Positions 50,201 through 62,384 of a stretch of DNA of 64,000 bases are shown here, in pieces. The notes under the pieces are model-generated. The model searched no databases. It saw nothing but the letters and a program-made list of their open reading frames with translations, and was not told the origin of the DNA. The stretch covers positions 19,902,001 to 19,966,000 of the forward strand of contig CP158635.1 of assembly GCA_050273025.1 (NCBI GenBank), in the 5' to 3' direction. Every line of letters starts with the position of its first letter. Position 1 is the first letter of the stretch. The stretch is from Cenococcum geophilum. Taxonomy: Eukaryota. A program made the translations under genes and the position numbers.

Positions 50201-50579
50201 ACTATAGCTAGAATAAATAAAGCTGCTAATATAAGACTATAGAGATTTCGCCGGATACGTTTAGTGAGCGTAATATATATAATTAGTATATTTATATCCT
50301 TTAGAAGAAATTTAGTCTGTTTTTTAGGTGACTTTAAATATATTAACTTAGATACTAACTTTTAAGCTAGACAAGGACAAGAAAGACTATAGTACGTACC
50401 TACATCAGGATTTTTTTTGGGGCACGTTGTTGCAGATTGCGGCAATTTGCTGCGAAATGTGCGAAACGTGCGATTTAAGCGGTCTATTGCGCGTTGTACG
50501 TTTTGCAGCACTTTGCGCGGAGCCTAAACGTAGCCTATACGTTTTGCAGCACCCTGCGCAGAGCCTATACGTTTTCCCC

Positions 50580-50665
50580 TTTTTACAGGTTTTATAGGTT
50601 TTATAGGTTTTATAGGTTTTGTAGGTTTTGTAGGGTTTATAGGTTTTGTAGGTTTCGTAAGTTTT
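50580..50665. repeat. 9-bp tandem repeat (TTT[A/G]TAGGT), ~9 units
   Basis: Directly visible periodicity. Confidence 0.85.
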
Positions 50666-50935
50666 AGTCTATATAAATTATAACTAAATTATTATATATT
50701 TTCACAGATTGCTATAATATACTTTTAAATATATTTATATTATAACTATATAAAATGCAGAGCCATCTAATTAGGTGTAAAGGGGAGAAGCCTTTCACAG
50801 AGGCTCTAAATCGTCAATTGGCCTAGTGCCTGCCTGCCTGCCTACCTGTCTGTGCCTACCTGTCTATGCCACCTTGATTTAATCGATCGATTGAATCGTT
50901 TATAGTGTTCGCTGGCTGGTCGTTTGAACGGTTGT

Positions 50936-51403
50936 TGTCTGGTTCTAGCAGCGGTCGTGTAGCTCTGACGACGGTCGTCTAGCTCTGGCGATGGTCATCT
51001 GGCGACGGCGACGGCCGTCTAGCTCTGGCGACGGTCATCTGGCTCTGGCGACGGTCGTCTGGCGACGGCGACAGTCGTCTGGCCCTGACGACGGTCATCT
51101 GGCCCTGACGACGGTCATCTGGCTCTGGCGACGGTCGTCTAGCTCTGGCGACGGTCGTCTAGCTCTGGCGACGGTCGTCTAGCTCTGGCGACGGTCGTCT
51201 GGCGACGGCGACGGTCGTCTGGCGACGGCGACGGCCGTCTAGCTCTGGCGACAGTCGTCTGGCTCTGACGACAGTCGCCTGTCCCTGACGACAGTCGTCT
51301 GGCCCTGACGACAGTCATCTGGCTCCGGCGACGGTCGTCTGGCTCTGGCGACGGTCGTCTAGCTCTGGCGACGGTCGTCTGGTTCTGGCGACGGTCGTCT
51401 ACT
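50936..51403. repeat. 20-bp GC-rich minisatellite (CTRGCTCTGGCGACGGTCGT), ~23 imperfect units
   Basis: 20-bp periodicity is obvious at 51121-51200, with variant units CTGGCGACGGCGACGGTCGT interspersed. Confidence 0.92.
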
Positions 51404-51545
51404 GGCTGTCGTTCTGGTGTCTCCCTAGATAGGGAGGATGTAAGGAAGGAAGGGTAAAAAATAAGGTGGCTACCTAGGTGTATATAGGGGGTATACTTGG
51501 CAGAGGCACGTGTAGAGGCTATCGGGAATATAGCGGGGACCCGAT

Positions 51546-51788
51546 GCAGAGCTTCGTGTAGAGACTCCGTACGCAGAGCTTCGCGTAGAGCCTCGTGCAG
51601 AGCCTCTGTACGTAGAGCTTTGTGTAGAGCTTCGTGTAGAGCTTCGTGTAGAGCTTCGTGCAGAGCCTCGTGTAGAGCCTCTATACGTAGAGCTTCGTGT
51701 AGAGCCTTGTGTAGAGCCTTATGCAAAGCTTCGTATAGAGCTTCGTGTAAAGCTTCGTGCAGAGCTTTGTGTAGAGCTTTATGCAGCT
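51546..51788. repeat. 12-bp minisatellite (AGAGCTTCGTGT), ~19 imperfect units
   Basis: Directly visible; explains the HEAL/RASC repeat ORFs in the ORF track. Confidence 0.9.
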
Positions 51789-53547
51789 TTATAGTATTTT
51801 TATTGCAATTTTATAGTATTTTTATTATAGCTAAAATTAGGGTCTGCTTAAGTCGCAATTTTAGTAATTTGCAGTAATTTGCATAAGTAGCTTAGCAAAT
51901 CGCCAAAATCGCCGCAAATCGCCAAAATCGCGACTTACGCCGGTTTTGCAGACCCTGATTTTCGCTTGCGATAACGTGCCCAAAAAAAAGTTTTCCTAAT
52001 GTAGGTATAAATTTAGGAGAAGTAAGAGATGGCTTATAGGTGGTGCTAAACGGCATATAAGCTATCTCCCTTTAGGAAGATAAGCCTATAGTATGCGTGG
52101 TAGTCATACGATTTGTATGGTGAGATCACCTAAATTCGATGCTGTGCGGGCGGGGCTCGCTTAATTCAATTTTCGCAAATACTTTCGAAAACGGTAGTAA
52201 GCGAGCCTCCCGCCCGCATACGCTCGCTCGACAAAACACTTCTACAGTAACTAAAACCAGGTCTTATTTAATAAAAGCAAGTATATAAAAGTATAGAATA
52301 GATACTACTCTATAAATTTAAAGCGTGGTAGGCCATTATATAACGTAGTAGAGCTTTAGGCTAGGTAAACTGTTTAAAGTCGTATATAAAAATAAGTCTT
52401 ATTTTATAAAGCTAGTAAATAGAACTATAAAATAGACATGGCCTTATAATTTTAAACATATAGCAGCTTAGTAGATAATATAGTAGTATAGCCTTTTGGG
52501 GTAGTTAGTATTTAGATGCTAGAAAGCGTTATATCTTAGCAGTCTTAGCAACAAAAACCACGTTATTTACTAAGCCGCCACGTATTTAAAATAGTCCTAT
52601 CTACTAGTTTTATAAAACAAGACTTATTTTTGGCAAGGTAGTAACCGAGTTCTAGGGGTCCGAGCTTACTCAACTATTTTCTGTCATTCCAAGATTAACT
52701 CTGTATGTTGTGTATTATCACTTACAAGTCTCTGTCCTACCCTAGCGGCGGGTTTCGGGGAATGACCGACAATATGATATTGGGCTTGCGAGAAAGACCG
52801 GCTACTTGGAGTCTATGGATCATGTCAAAAGTTATCATTTGACCCTTAACAGAATGCGCGAGGCTAAGGAAATTCCCACTGCTTAGCTGCACACAACAAG
52901 CATCGCCAAGAACAGATGAAAGGATAGGGTAGTATGCGTTCCTAGAAAAGAATTAAATTTGTCAGACGCTTCTGCGACATTGCTTGCAATCTTGCTCCCG
53001 CTCATGACTGAGGTTCGTCCAATCAGTGTTCGCGATCTCCCCTTAAAAGGCCTCGAAGATAATTTTAGTTTCAACCTCTATATCATAACACACTTGACCG
53101 AACATGATAGTCGCGTTCTGGGGGGGCCCGAGCCTAGAATACTTCTTTCAAGTTACTTTTATACTAGTCCAATGGATAGCTGTCCTTTGCCGCTAACATC
53201 AGGCTCAAGGCAACACTCTCCAAGCCAAGTTTTAACGTCCACGCCTCAACCCTGGCAGCGCTTCCAAGTTGTCCACTGATAACAATGCGTAGATTGAGCT
53301 GAAAAATAATGGCGGAGGGTGCAATTTCCTCCGTCTTATTATTCGCAGCGACTTCGTGATAATGTGTCTCAGCTCCTCCCGCCACAGGGTTCTCCGTTTT
53401 GCAAGGACAGGATCCGAGGAAAATATATTTGAGTGACAGAGATCTATTAGGGAATGAAGCTCTCAAAGCGAAATCGTCTTCATCACTTACTTCAAAGCAT
53501 CGTTTAGACTTGAACGAATAGACACTACAATATATTATATATATATC

Positions 53548-54241
53548 ATGGAGACTCTCAATATCTCAGATCTGCCTCCGACTGCAACTTCTCCCACGGT
53601 CCCTGCTCCGATGTAAGCCACACCTCATATTCCAAGCTTTACTAAATAGATTTAGGACCTACGAACCGCCAGAGGAGAAAGTCCTCAACAATTCAAACGA
53701 CCTCCTCGCCCTTCTCGACAAGTACGAGGGATGCGTCGACGTTGCCAAACGCTAAACCGTCTACGTTACCACATATCCAGTCTCAGATGCTGACGTACAG
53801 AATATATCTTGGCTGTTCTGCGTCGGCAAGATGGACCTGTGGACCGACAAGATCATCTCGTTCTACACAGTCAACACGTCGACACGCGAGTACTCTCCAA
53901 GCCCCATTATTGAGCGTGTCGATACCCCTATTCTGCGCCTCAGCGCTGCCTTGCGCCCGCATAAGGAGGAAGGGAAGCTGAAGTATGTTGTTGCGATTCA
54001 GTGTAGGAGCACGCCTGTTTCGTATAAACTGGTTGTAAGTAATTCAAAGAAAGCGGCGGGTATGGACATGTTCTATGAGGTTCTCAATGGGAACTCCATA
54101 TCTTTCGTTGGAGCTGTCCTGAAGGATGTACCGATCCCTGTAGAGCATCCGCATAAATTCCCACAGACTAAATTTAAGCGGGTAGAATCAGTGGAGGAGG
54201 CTGAGGAGGTTGGAGAGGGCGTCGTTGGCATTATATGCTGA
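53548..54241 (+). CDS. Hypothetical protein, probably 3 exons; second intron phase unresolved (possible pseudogene)
   Basis: ATG at 53548 follows a TA-rich box. Intron GTAAGC(53613)...CTAA...TTTAG(53655). A second branch/acceptor GCTGAC..TACAG(53800) precedes the protein-like open frame to TGA 54241. The best donor (GTACGA 53722) gives the wrong phase. Confidence 0.45.
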
Positions 54242-54649
54242 TCAGTGAGATCTCGGCTTTTCCTGTATCTATTGGATATTCTTTCAATGCAATGTTGATT
54301 CGGTACTTCTTTCCATGACAGAAAAAATCTTGTTTGGTCTTTGCCAAGTTTCTTCGCATTTGTAAAGATTGTGAGTACAGCCTCCATTATCACCGCAGCT
54401 AAGCTCAGCCCTACAGAATGCATTGTATTCCCTGCCAATCACTTCCCATCTATAATAAATATCAGATCTCACTACGAAGAGTCATTGAACCTTCTTTTGC
54501 CTTTAACGTCCAGCTGCCAATGCCTTGGCGTGGCCACATTGTCTGGGCATGAATCATCCCACTTTCTGGCTATTCAGCCGCACTCTTTAGGAATGTTATA
54601 TGTGGTATCCTCGGGTTTTTATTCATCTCTATCGTACATTCATGAAAAA

Positions 54650-57159
54650 ATGCCAACGATTAGCGGGGTTCATAGTGGCTTCTGGATTAACTGGGGTGAG
54701 TTCATTCCGAGTTATTTCGTTGCTGAAATTATTATTGTAAGAGCGGGGGGGACAGGGTTGGCGCAGAGAGATACTCAGCCGATGAAATCCGATGTGCTAT
54801 CACTGTCCCCAATTTGGGAGTGAGATATTCTTAAAGGTTGTTAAGCATATCCGTTGGCAGTTCATCTTTGGACGCTGAATGTCGCTTTCTACCCGTTTCG
54901 TTGAACCAGCTTCATATCCTAATTACAAGCCGCTAATCTCCTATTTTGTCTTGGTTCTGCGTATCCTTACCCTCCTTCAGCTCTTTAGCTGACACGTTAA
55001 TAGCCAGCGGCAAAACTCTAGGTGCAACGCTCACACTGCCAGCCGACGAGGCTTTGATCCTGGTTGCTTTCCTCGCCCTATTCGTTCAGACATCCGGTAG
55101 TTTCTTTTGGAGAATACTCTGTTTCTCATTACACCAAATCCGCTCGACATCTGCGAACCAGGACGGCCTATACCACCAACAACAAGCACTACTACGGAAC
55201 GCCGTCAACGGTCCCAACGCACTCTGGGAATTGACGAAAGTGGGCTGGGCGTGGCGCAGCAACTCACGCCCCGTGCTATGGCGCTCACTCCCCTTAATCA
55301 TCATCACAACCATCCATGTCGTTTGTTTTGCCATCGCGGGTCTTTTCTCCTCCCGCGTCATCACTACCAGCGATGAGGTGCTCGTGCTAAGCAAGAACTG
55401 CGGCTTCCTGCTTGGGCTTCCGGACGCCATAACTGCCAGACCCGAAACTGTCAACTCGACTCAGCTAGACATCTTAAATTCGGACGCCGTACTCGGCCGC
55501 TGGAGCTATGGAAGAGCCGCTGCCTACTCGCATGCGTGCTATGGCGAGGAGCCGGGCCTTTACAACTCCATGTGCCGCTTCTATGTCCGTCAGCAGCTCG
55601 ACTCCGCTATTGATCGGTTTGCCCCTTGCCCTTTTGCTTCAGGACTCTGCGAGACGTCTGCGGCCAGGTTTGATTCGGGGTTCGTACACTCGAGCCGGGA
55701 TTTGGGCATTAACGCGCCAGAACATGACGCGATGTTGTTCAGACGTGTGACGACCTGCGTGCCTCTTCTCGCTGAAGAGAAATATGGGTCTGCTTGGGAA
55801 CCAGCCGAGAATTTTCAAGGTCAGTGGCCGGTTCCAGGGGACAATTTGAGGCTGTATACTATGGGGAAGTCGCTCTTGGAGTTTGGCAATGTTACGTTCG
55901 TGCGAAGCAACTTTACCAAGTTACTGGCAGGTCCGTATGACATGCAGTGAGCGTAGAATCCAATTCCTTATAAACCCCTTACTTCGGAGAAGCTCGACTT
56001 GTATTCCCCCTTATTCTGCTGAATATGTGGAAACCAAGTTAGAGATATCTCGAAGAACTACTCTGGGAGAATGAAAGCTGATGAAATGGGGCTTACTAGG
56101 TGGACCAGCGCCTATCTTCAGAACCCAAACGCCAGTTCCTACACTCCCATTCCTGCCCTCAACACGACCGACTCCGACGTCACACTCATCGGAATCTCCA
56201 GCAACGTGAAATACATTGGCAACACCACCGACCCCTGGTTCAAAGCGCTAAACCGGAGCCTCATCCTCGACCTCGTCTGGACCGCCTCGCGGGACCTCTC
56301 CGTGCTCGGCTGCACCGAGCAGTATCAATTCTGCAGCCCTCTCAAGCGCTGCACGCCCCTCACAGGGCTATACGCCACGCTCCCGGCCGCCACCTCTCTT
56401 GGCCTCAGCGCGCACCAGCTAGCGATGTTCCAAATACTATGGAAGGCTGCGTGGGTCACGGCGCTGCAGTTCCAGATGGCGCTGCTGGGCAGCAACGTGC
56501 TGCTGGCCAAGAACGCGCTGTGGGGCGACACCGGTTGGTCGTCGCGGCTGCCGGACCGCCAGTGGGAGCTCGAGGCCTTCAACATGCACAACATCTCGCT
56601 CGCCTTCATACAGCGCGCTATCGTCGAGTATGCCTCGCCGACGGACATTGAGATCAGGCCCGGGCTGCGGTCGGTGCAGCAGATTGTCCGCCCGACGGAT
56701 CCAGAGGCTCTGCGCGTGTGTGGAATAGTGAAGATTCGGAGTGTTGACCATACGTCGTTTAGCGTGCTGGGACTCGTGCTTATACTTGTGCTCGGCTCGG
56801 GGTTCATTGTGCTGGATTTTGTTCTTGCGAGAGCGGTCGGCTGGACCCAGACGAAGACTGGATGGCGGCTGTATAAGCGGGCGGAGTGGGTTGACCAGAG
56901 CACTTTGCAGCTGCAGAGGCAAGCGCTGGAAGGGCGCGGGATCGGGCCTTGGACTGGTACGGACGATGATGTTCCTGTCTTGGCCGGATATCGGCGGACC
57001 TTTTCATCAACGACGGATGGGGGTGCAGCGCGGGCTTGGTCTTCAGCAGTGCTAAGGGGAACGGAACTAGGTGTGCTTTGGGGGCGAGGCTCTGCTCAGA
57101 GTGTTACGCCAACGCGGAGTAGTGAATTTCTGCTTCTAGATCGGAGGAATGAGGAGTAG
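54650..57159 (+). CDS. Conserved fungal hypothetical multi-pass membrane protein; exons 54650-54695, 55004-55946, 56100-57159
   Basis: Canonical GTGAG donors, GCTGA(C/T) branch sites and TAG acceptors join three frames in phase. Motifs GFWINW, GATLTL, AFLALFV, DGLYHQQQALLRN, CPF...C, LGCTEQYQFC and SFSVLGL..IL, plus hydrophobic segments, recall a widespread uncharacterised ascomycete family. Confidence 0.85.
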
Positions 57160-57504
57160 TTCCATTTATATGTATCGGAGAATTGGTGTTTAGGGCAGAG
57201 TTTTGAACATCTCCTCGACGGGTAAAGAATAGGAACGGCCTGGGGGTTGGGCGTTTGGGGTGTCCTACCGTAATATTGCTTGCCTGCGGTAAAGTCTCTG
57301 AAGGAACCCTCGGTAACTTGGCTGGAAGAGCTGGATGGAGGTTTAATTAACGACTGAACGACTTGTGTCTGACGTGCAATAGTAGTCTTAGGAATGAAAG
57401 GAACCACGCTCCAACACTCAATCTAATTTCTTTTCGAGCCCAACACCAGGCCTTGAAGGCTACGTTCGCTTCAAAACGCTTATAATACATCGGTTTTCTG
57501 ACCT

Positions 57505-60500
57505 TTAATTCCGCACATTCACATCCCAAATCTTGATCGACTCGCCCTTCCACCCCCTCTTCTTACCGACGCGCGGTTTGTCGCCAGTCTGACTCATCGC
57601 AATCATAGTCTTACTGCTCGTCGCAAATGCCCTTACAAGCTCCTCCATCCTGCCCGTTTTGACAAACGCATCTGCTAGTTCGGCATTAGTATCGCTAGCA
57701 ACAACGGTGGCGAGGTCCATCGATTTAGTCATGATGTCGCGGGAAACGAAGAAAGCACAGGCCTGGACGGCGGAATGGTACGCGAGCACGATTTCGGGGA
57801 GGTAGGCGGTTCGGATCTTGGTCAGCTGGGCGAGCTCGCCGTCTGCGAGGGCGCGGCGTTTAGTATCAAGAGAGGTTAGATGGGCGGGGGTCGTGCGGTT
57901 ACCGTCAGAGCCGTGAGTTAAAAAGTCGTTGAGCAGTGGCTCCATGGCCGTGTTGATCTGCTCGAAGAGGTCTTTGATGTTCTTCGTAGCTGCTTTACTG
58001 CCGGAGTCGCGGGCTCTGGGAGGAGAGGTTAGAGGGCATTGCTTGTTGCGGGATGGAGGGTGGGGAGGTCTGAGGGGCAGGGATGGACGGACTTTATGAG
58101 AGCGTCTTCTTCGCTGCGCCATTGGCTTAGCAGCTTGATAGCTTGCACGAGCTGTTGGAGTTCGTTGTAAGTTCGGCACTGCTCTTTGTATTTGAGTAAT
58201 TTTGCTCTCCGCTTCTCAAGCGACTGCTTCGATAGAGGTGCAGAGCCTCGCCTCGAGTTTGAGCGAATGGATCGGCGCAGTTCTGGATTCACTAGTTCCT
58301 CCATGCCGTCCCATTCCATGACGTTGAAAATTTGGTCATCGAAATAGAATGGTGTTTTGGCCCTTGAAACAATTTCTATGGACATAACAGTGCACAGCTC
58401 AAGCGCTGCACCGATACGTCCATTGACTAGGTGTTTATGCGTCAGTTTACGCACTCAGAGAATGGTAAATTAATGGTAGAAAAACTCACGAAGAAAGACT
58501 TTCATGGCATCCGTCATGGCGACAAACGTTGTGCTCATATGGTCTTCTAGATGTAAGTACCACTCAACACTCTGAATAATGGCCGCTTCATCTGGAGTGA
58601 TATCTAGATCGATAAAATCGTCCTTGATCCGTTGGCCAGGCCATAATTCGCCGTCAGTAGGTTCCAATATCTCGTATTTCTTGATAGATTTCTTTTCATC
58701 ACCAAGAGAGCTTTTCCCAAGGACAACTTCGTAATACTCGCCGAGCGCATCCACAACTTCAATATCATATTCTTGCATGAGTTTCAGGAATTGTTTCTGC
58801 TCAGCGGGATTCCTGATGTCCGGCAAGATTCGGCCAAGGGTGTTCGCTCTTCGCAGCGGCGAGAGTTGCGCCGCGTATAATGGAATGAGATCCATCTTCC
58901 GGGCCATTCGCAAAAAGTCAATGTACCCGACAGTGACATTCTCGAAAATGTGGCCACGTGTGCCATGTGCGTTTTCAAGTCCAAGGACTTCAAAGATGAG
59001 CAGCATGTGGACCACAATGCGAAGAGCGTGTGGGTCCTCTCCAATACGCTTATAGTACTCTTCTGTGACCTCATCTACCGGTAATATCAGGGTTGAGGTG
59101 AACTCTTCCGAGAATGCCATTTGCGAGAGAGCGATGCCTAGGTTGTAGACAAGATCTTCAAATGTCCTGCTTATCAGGCTTCCCTGAATCAGCTTCATGG
59201 GTGACTTCGACTGTGCGAATATGCTTTTCGTCTCCTTCAACAAATCAATGACCCGACGGTTGGTATTTTCCCAATCTCCATGAAACTCCACAGAGTTGAA
59301 AAGAGCGAACTTTCGGGTCAAGGTAGATGGAAGCCTTTGTGGATAGTTTTCTTGAAGGTACGCGTCGAATCGAGAGAGTAGTAGTGAGTTGTAGCGAGCA
59401 TATAAATGATCATCCCATGTTCGACAGACTGCTTCAACAGACGCCAAGTCTCCGCTAAGCAGTCCGTAAACGGCACTTTCGTATCGGTAAGTACTGCCTC
59501 TAGCAAGAGCGAAACACATGCGACGCCATAAGCCCCCAACATTAGGCCCGGACAGACAGGTGAGTGCATCGCCTTGGTGCTCGTAGGCAGCCCCCATGCT
59601 GAGGCCGCGCCAACCTTCATTTCGTTCTTTACACCATTCGCAAATCTCTTTCCAAGGAATTCCGCGCCGCAGCATTTCGTAGCATGCCATCCAAATGGCC
59701 CGTTCATAGTAGTCGTCTGATTTTTCTAAAGTCCTTCGTTGCCTAAATGGAGCATCTGGATCAAGCTGGGTTGCCAAAAGCTGAGTCTTGTCGCTGTTCT
59801 TAATTGGAGGCATATCCACTCCTAACGGGTAATCCAATTGTCGCAAGCGCTTCTCTTGCTTAATCTTCGCCCGTGTATCCAGCCAACCGCTAGACCATGT
59901 GCTCGTGCCTTTCCCTGATTCCGATTCTAATTGCTCTGTTATCGACTGGATATCGCTCTCATTGCTGTCCGCAGCTTTCTCCAGCCATTTCAGGATCATC
60001 TGCTTTTCTTTGGCTTTATCATCTTCTAGAATGAAGCGCTCCCAAATTTCGATTTCTGGAGTATAGCGGTAGATGTTCTTATTTTCAGCCGAACCTTTCT
60101 TCCTTGCTGCTTCAAGGGTCACTCCAGGTGCAGGGTAGTACAGCTCAATGATTATGCGGAGGAGGTCCCAGGTTGCCGCTTCCGATTGCCAGTGTCGCAA
60201 GTCTTGCACCGTTAACGAGATTGACTCCGGGATCACTGTCGAATCTAGATCGGATTCTTCATCCTCATCCTCCACACTACGATGGGGAGTACCAGCTAAG
60301 CTCTGTATTCTCCTTTGCACATCTTTCGCAAGTTCTCCACGATTTTCTACGGCGTTTTGTTTTTTCAATGCCTCAACTGTTGCGTCCGCGTGATCCTTGA
60401 ACTTTGATACCAATCGTAATGTAGTGTGATATTTGGCGGTTGCAGTTTCATTTCCATGTGTATACCAATGATCCACTCTCTCCGCAAACTTCTCCACTTC

Positions 60501-60943
60501 CTTCCCGACGCGGTCAGCCATTGTCCGTAGTGGTTGCAGAGCGTCGTCGTGCGCATATGATGTGAGGCGGAGAGGGGATTCTGGATCTGAGAAGAGTCAG
60601 CGGGACTGCGCGTGCAATGAAAATTATCACCGGCGTTTTTTGAGAGGATTCTGCTCACCGTTGGAGGATCTGTCGAAGCTCTGGTGTCTTTGGGGCTAAA
60701 TAAGGGAACGCAGATTAGCTACGGCACTGGAAGGTAAATTGCAGTAGAAGAGGAAGTAGTTCCAGCTCTTCTTTCACGAGCATGAGGCAGAAATGAGTAA
60801 GATACCACCACAATGCCGGCCCACATCTCCAAGTGAATTAAGAGTAGTGTTGGAAGTTCGACTGCCCCCAGGAATGCTTGAGCAAAGTAAAATTAGGATA
60901 CCTTGAGTCCCGAGGATTGCGATCGCCTTGAGATAGGAGCCAT
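57505..60943 (-). CDS. NUP84: Nuclear pore Y-complex protein Nup84/Nup107; exons 60943-60902, 60695-60659, 60586-58490, 58426-58093, 58015-57505
   Basis: Family motifs ADRVGKEVEKFAE, LKWLE, QLDPDAPFRQ, YEMLRRG, YESAVYGLLSGD, VCRTWDDHLYA and YLPEIVLAYHS. All four introns have GT/AG, branch sites and consistent phases. Confidence 0.92.
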
Positions 60944-61372
60944 TGCCAGCGAAGAGAGAGGGAGATAATCAAATGGGCGAAATGCAGCTACGCAGAACAA
61001 GCTGCGTGAAAGGCGAAAGCGGGCCTTGACGCTTCTTCAGAGGAAGCTGTCGACGGGCCAAACAACGAGATAATCATGCGGCTCTGCGCTAGCGCGTTCT
61101 CGCTTGTGGGCCTAGAAAACCAACGCTGATTCTTTTTGCTTTCCTCTTCTTTTTCTTCTTCTTCAATGTCTTTATAGGCAATCATTAGAGTCTCGGTTCA
61201 AACTTATCTCCATGTTTGTACAGGCCCTTGCGGCCTCTTGCGTGCTCACGATCGTCTTAGACTAATATACTACCTGTTCCCTCACTCGACTTCTTCGGAG
61301 CCAGCATGAGAGTGTAGATTGGAAAGTTGGTATTACATTCTACGGCTTTTTGTTACACTTCTGTCCCACAGA

Positions 61373-61826
61373 TTAAAGTCCTTGACTTATCTGCTTCATC
61401 TTCAGCCTGTGGTCTTAGTCAGATGGGCCCTCATTAGAACAAGAACGAAGGCTTTCCATTACCTCAAGAGGGATACCTTTGGGCAACTAACTGTACTCGC
61501 TTCATCACCATTCTCTTTGTAGAAAGCGTTGCAGCATTCATAGAGAGCATCAACCTTATAATATGTATCAGGCTATGGCTCGCCTGAATATACCGGCCTG
61601 GAAATGCGCTTACCTCTTTCCTGCACTTCTCTTCGTTGTAATTGGATCTTTGCAAACAATCTATGCACCAGCGATTAGTCCTGGTCAGCAATGAGATATT
61701 TACCTTACCCACCCTGAATCGCACATGCCCTAGGATGGCAGGGAGGGTCGGTCTTCAGGTCTTTTACTCCCTAGGACGGCTATCAGCTCTCATGTTCCAT
61801 GTTTATCCAGTGACATCAACTACCAT
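61373..61826 (-). CDS. CMC4: Mitochondrial twin CX9C protein Cmc4 (p8 MTCP1 family), ~77 aa; exons 61826-61824 (uncertain), 61770-61713, 61660-61614, 61554-61463, 61406-61373
   Basis: Spliced product MGVKDLKTDPPCHPRACAIQDCLQRSNYNEEKCRKEVDALYECCNAFYKENGDEASTVSCPKVSLLRLKMKQISQGL has the Cmc4 cysteine pattern. Confidence 0.88.
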
Positions 61827-62384
61827 CTCGCTTAGAGCACCACTTTAGCGCGGATACCGGATACAAACTTCACGAGAGAGGCAGGAGAAATTCAATGCAC
61901 CTCTAAGTAGACGTGTGAAGTGCTCGAAACCCTAGCGAATGCAGATGAAAGGGTGGTAATGTAGTAATGACACAAGCCGTTACCGTGAAACCTGTCTTCC
62001 ATTCCCGACCTCGCTTCTCCCTCCGGGCCACTTCGAAGTCCAAGACCCCACCAAGCTAGGACTTTCTTCCACATCTCGAGCCGACAGTACTTCAGCTCTT
62101 ATTTCCTTCTTCCACCTTTACTTTTTTCGCCACCACTCTTTCACCGTCGCAATCACACTCACAGGTCGCGCTGTGATTTCAAAGACTCCAAATTATCCCG
62201 CCTATTCTCCGGTGATATCGTAAACTCCGCTAAACATCACTTTTGCGCCTTGCACGCCCAGGTTCGTCTCACGCCACACCTCTACCATTTAAGAAGGCTC
62301 ACCCGCTCACAGGCAACAGCTTCACTTTCCTCATCATAAGCAGACCTGAGACCCAGCATTCGACACCCCGAAACCACCTCCAAT

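Larger units (their letters stand above)
50399..52005. mobile_element. Non-autonomous TIR element (~1.6 kb), TA-flanked, filled with minisatellites
   Basis: Left end TA|CCTACATCAGGATTTTTTTTGGGGCACGTTGTTGCA matches the reverse complement of the right end, TA|CCTACATTAGGAAAACTTTTTTTTGGGCACGTTATCGCA. No transposase motif was seen inside. Confidence 0.75.

Noticed and set aside
50936..51403. CRISPR array
   Set aside because: Contiguous 20-bp units without unique spacers, no cas genes, and a eukaryotic context.
51139..51877. ORFs with HEAL, RASC and ARARRP repeats as real genes
   Set aside because: They arise on both strands from minisatellites inside a TIR element, and no independent support was found.
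44320..52650. Starship captain (DUF3435 tyrosine recombinase) near the boundary
   Set aside because: No recognisable recombinase motifs in my manual translations; cannot be excluded without an HMM search on deRIPped sequence.
54650..57159. Cytochrome P450 or transporter assignment
   Set aside because: No heme-binding FxxGxxxCxG motif or recognisable transporter signature was seen; left as hypothetical.
55086..60400. Numerous overlapping or antisense ORFs within the membrane-protein gene and NUP84
   Set aside because: They are expected shadows of GC-balanced coding sequence.
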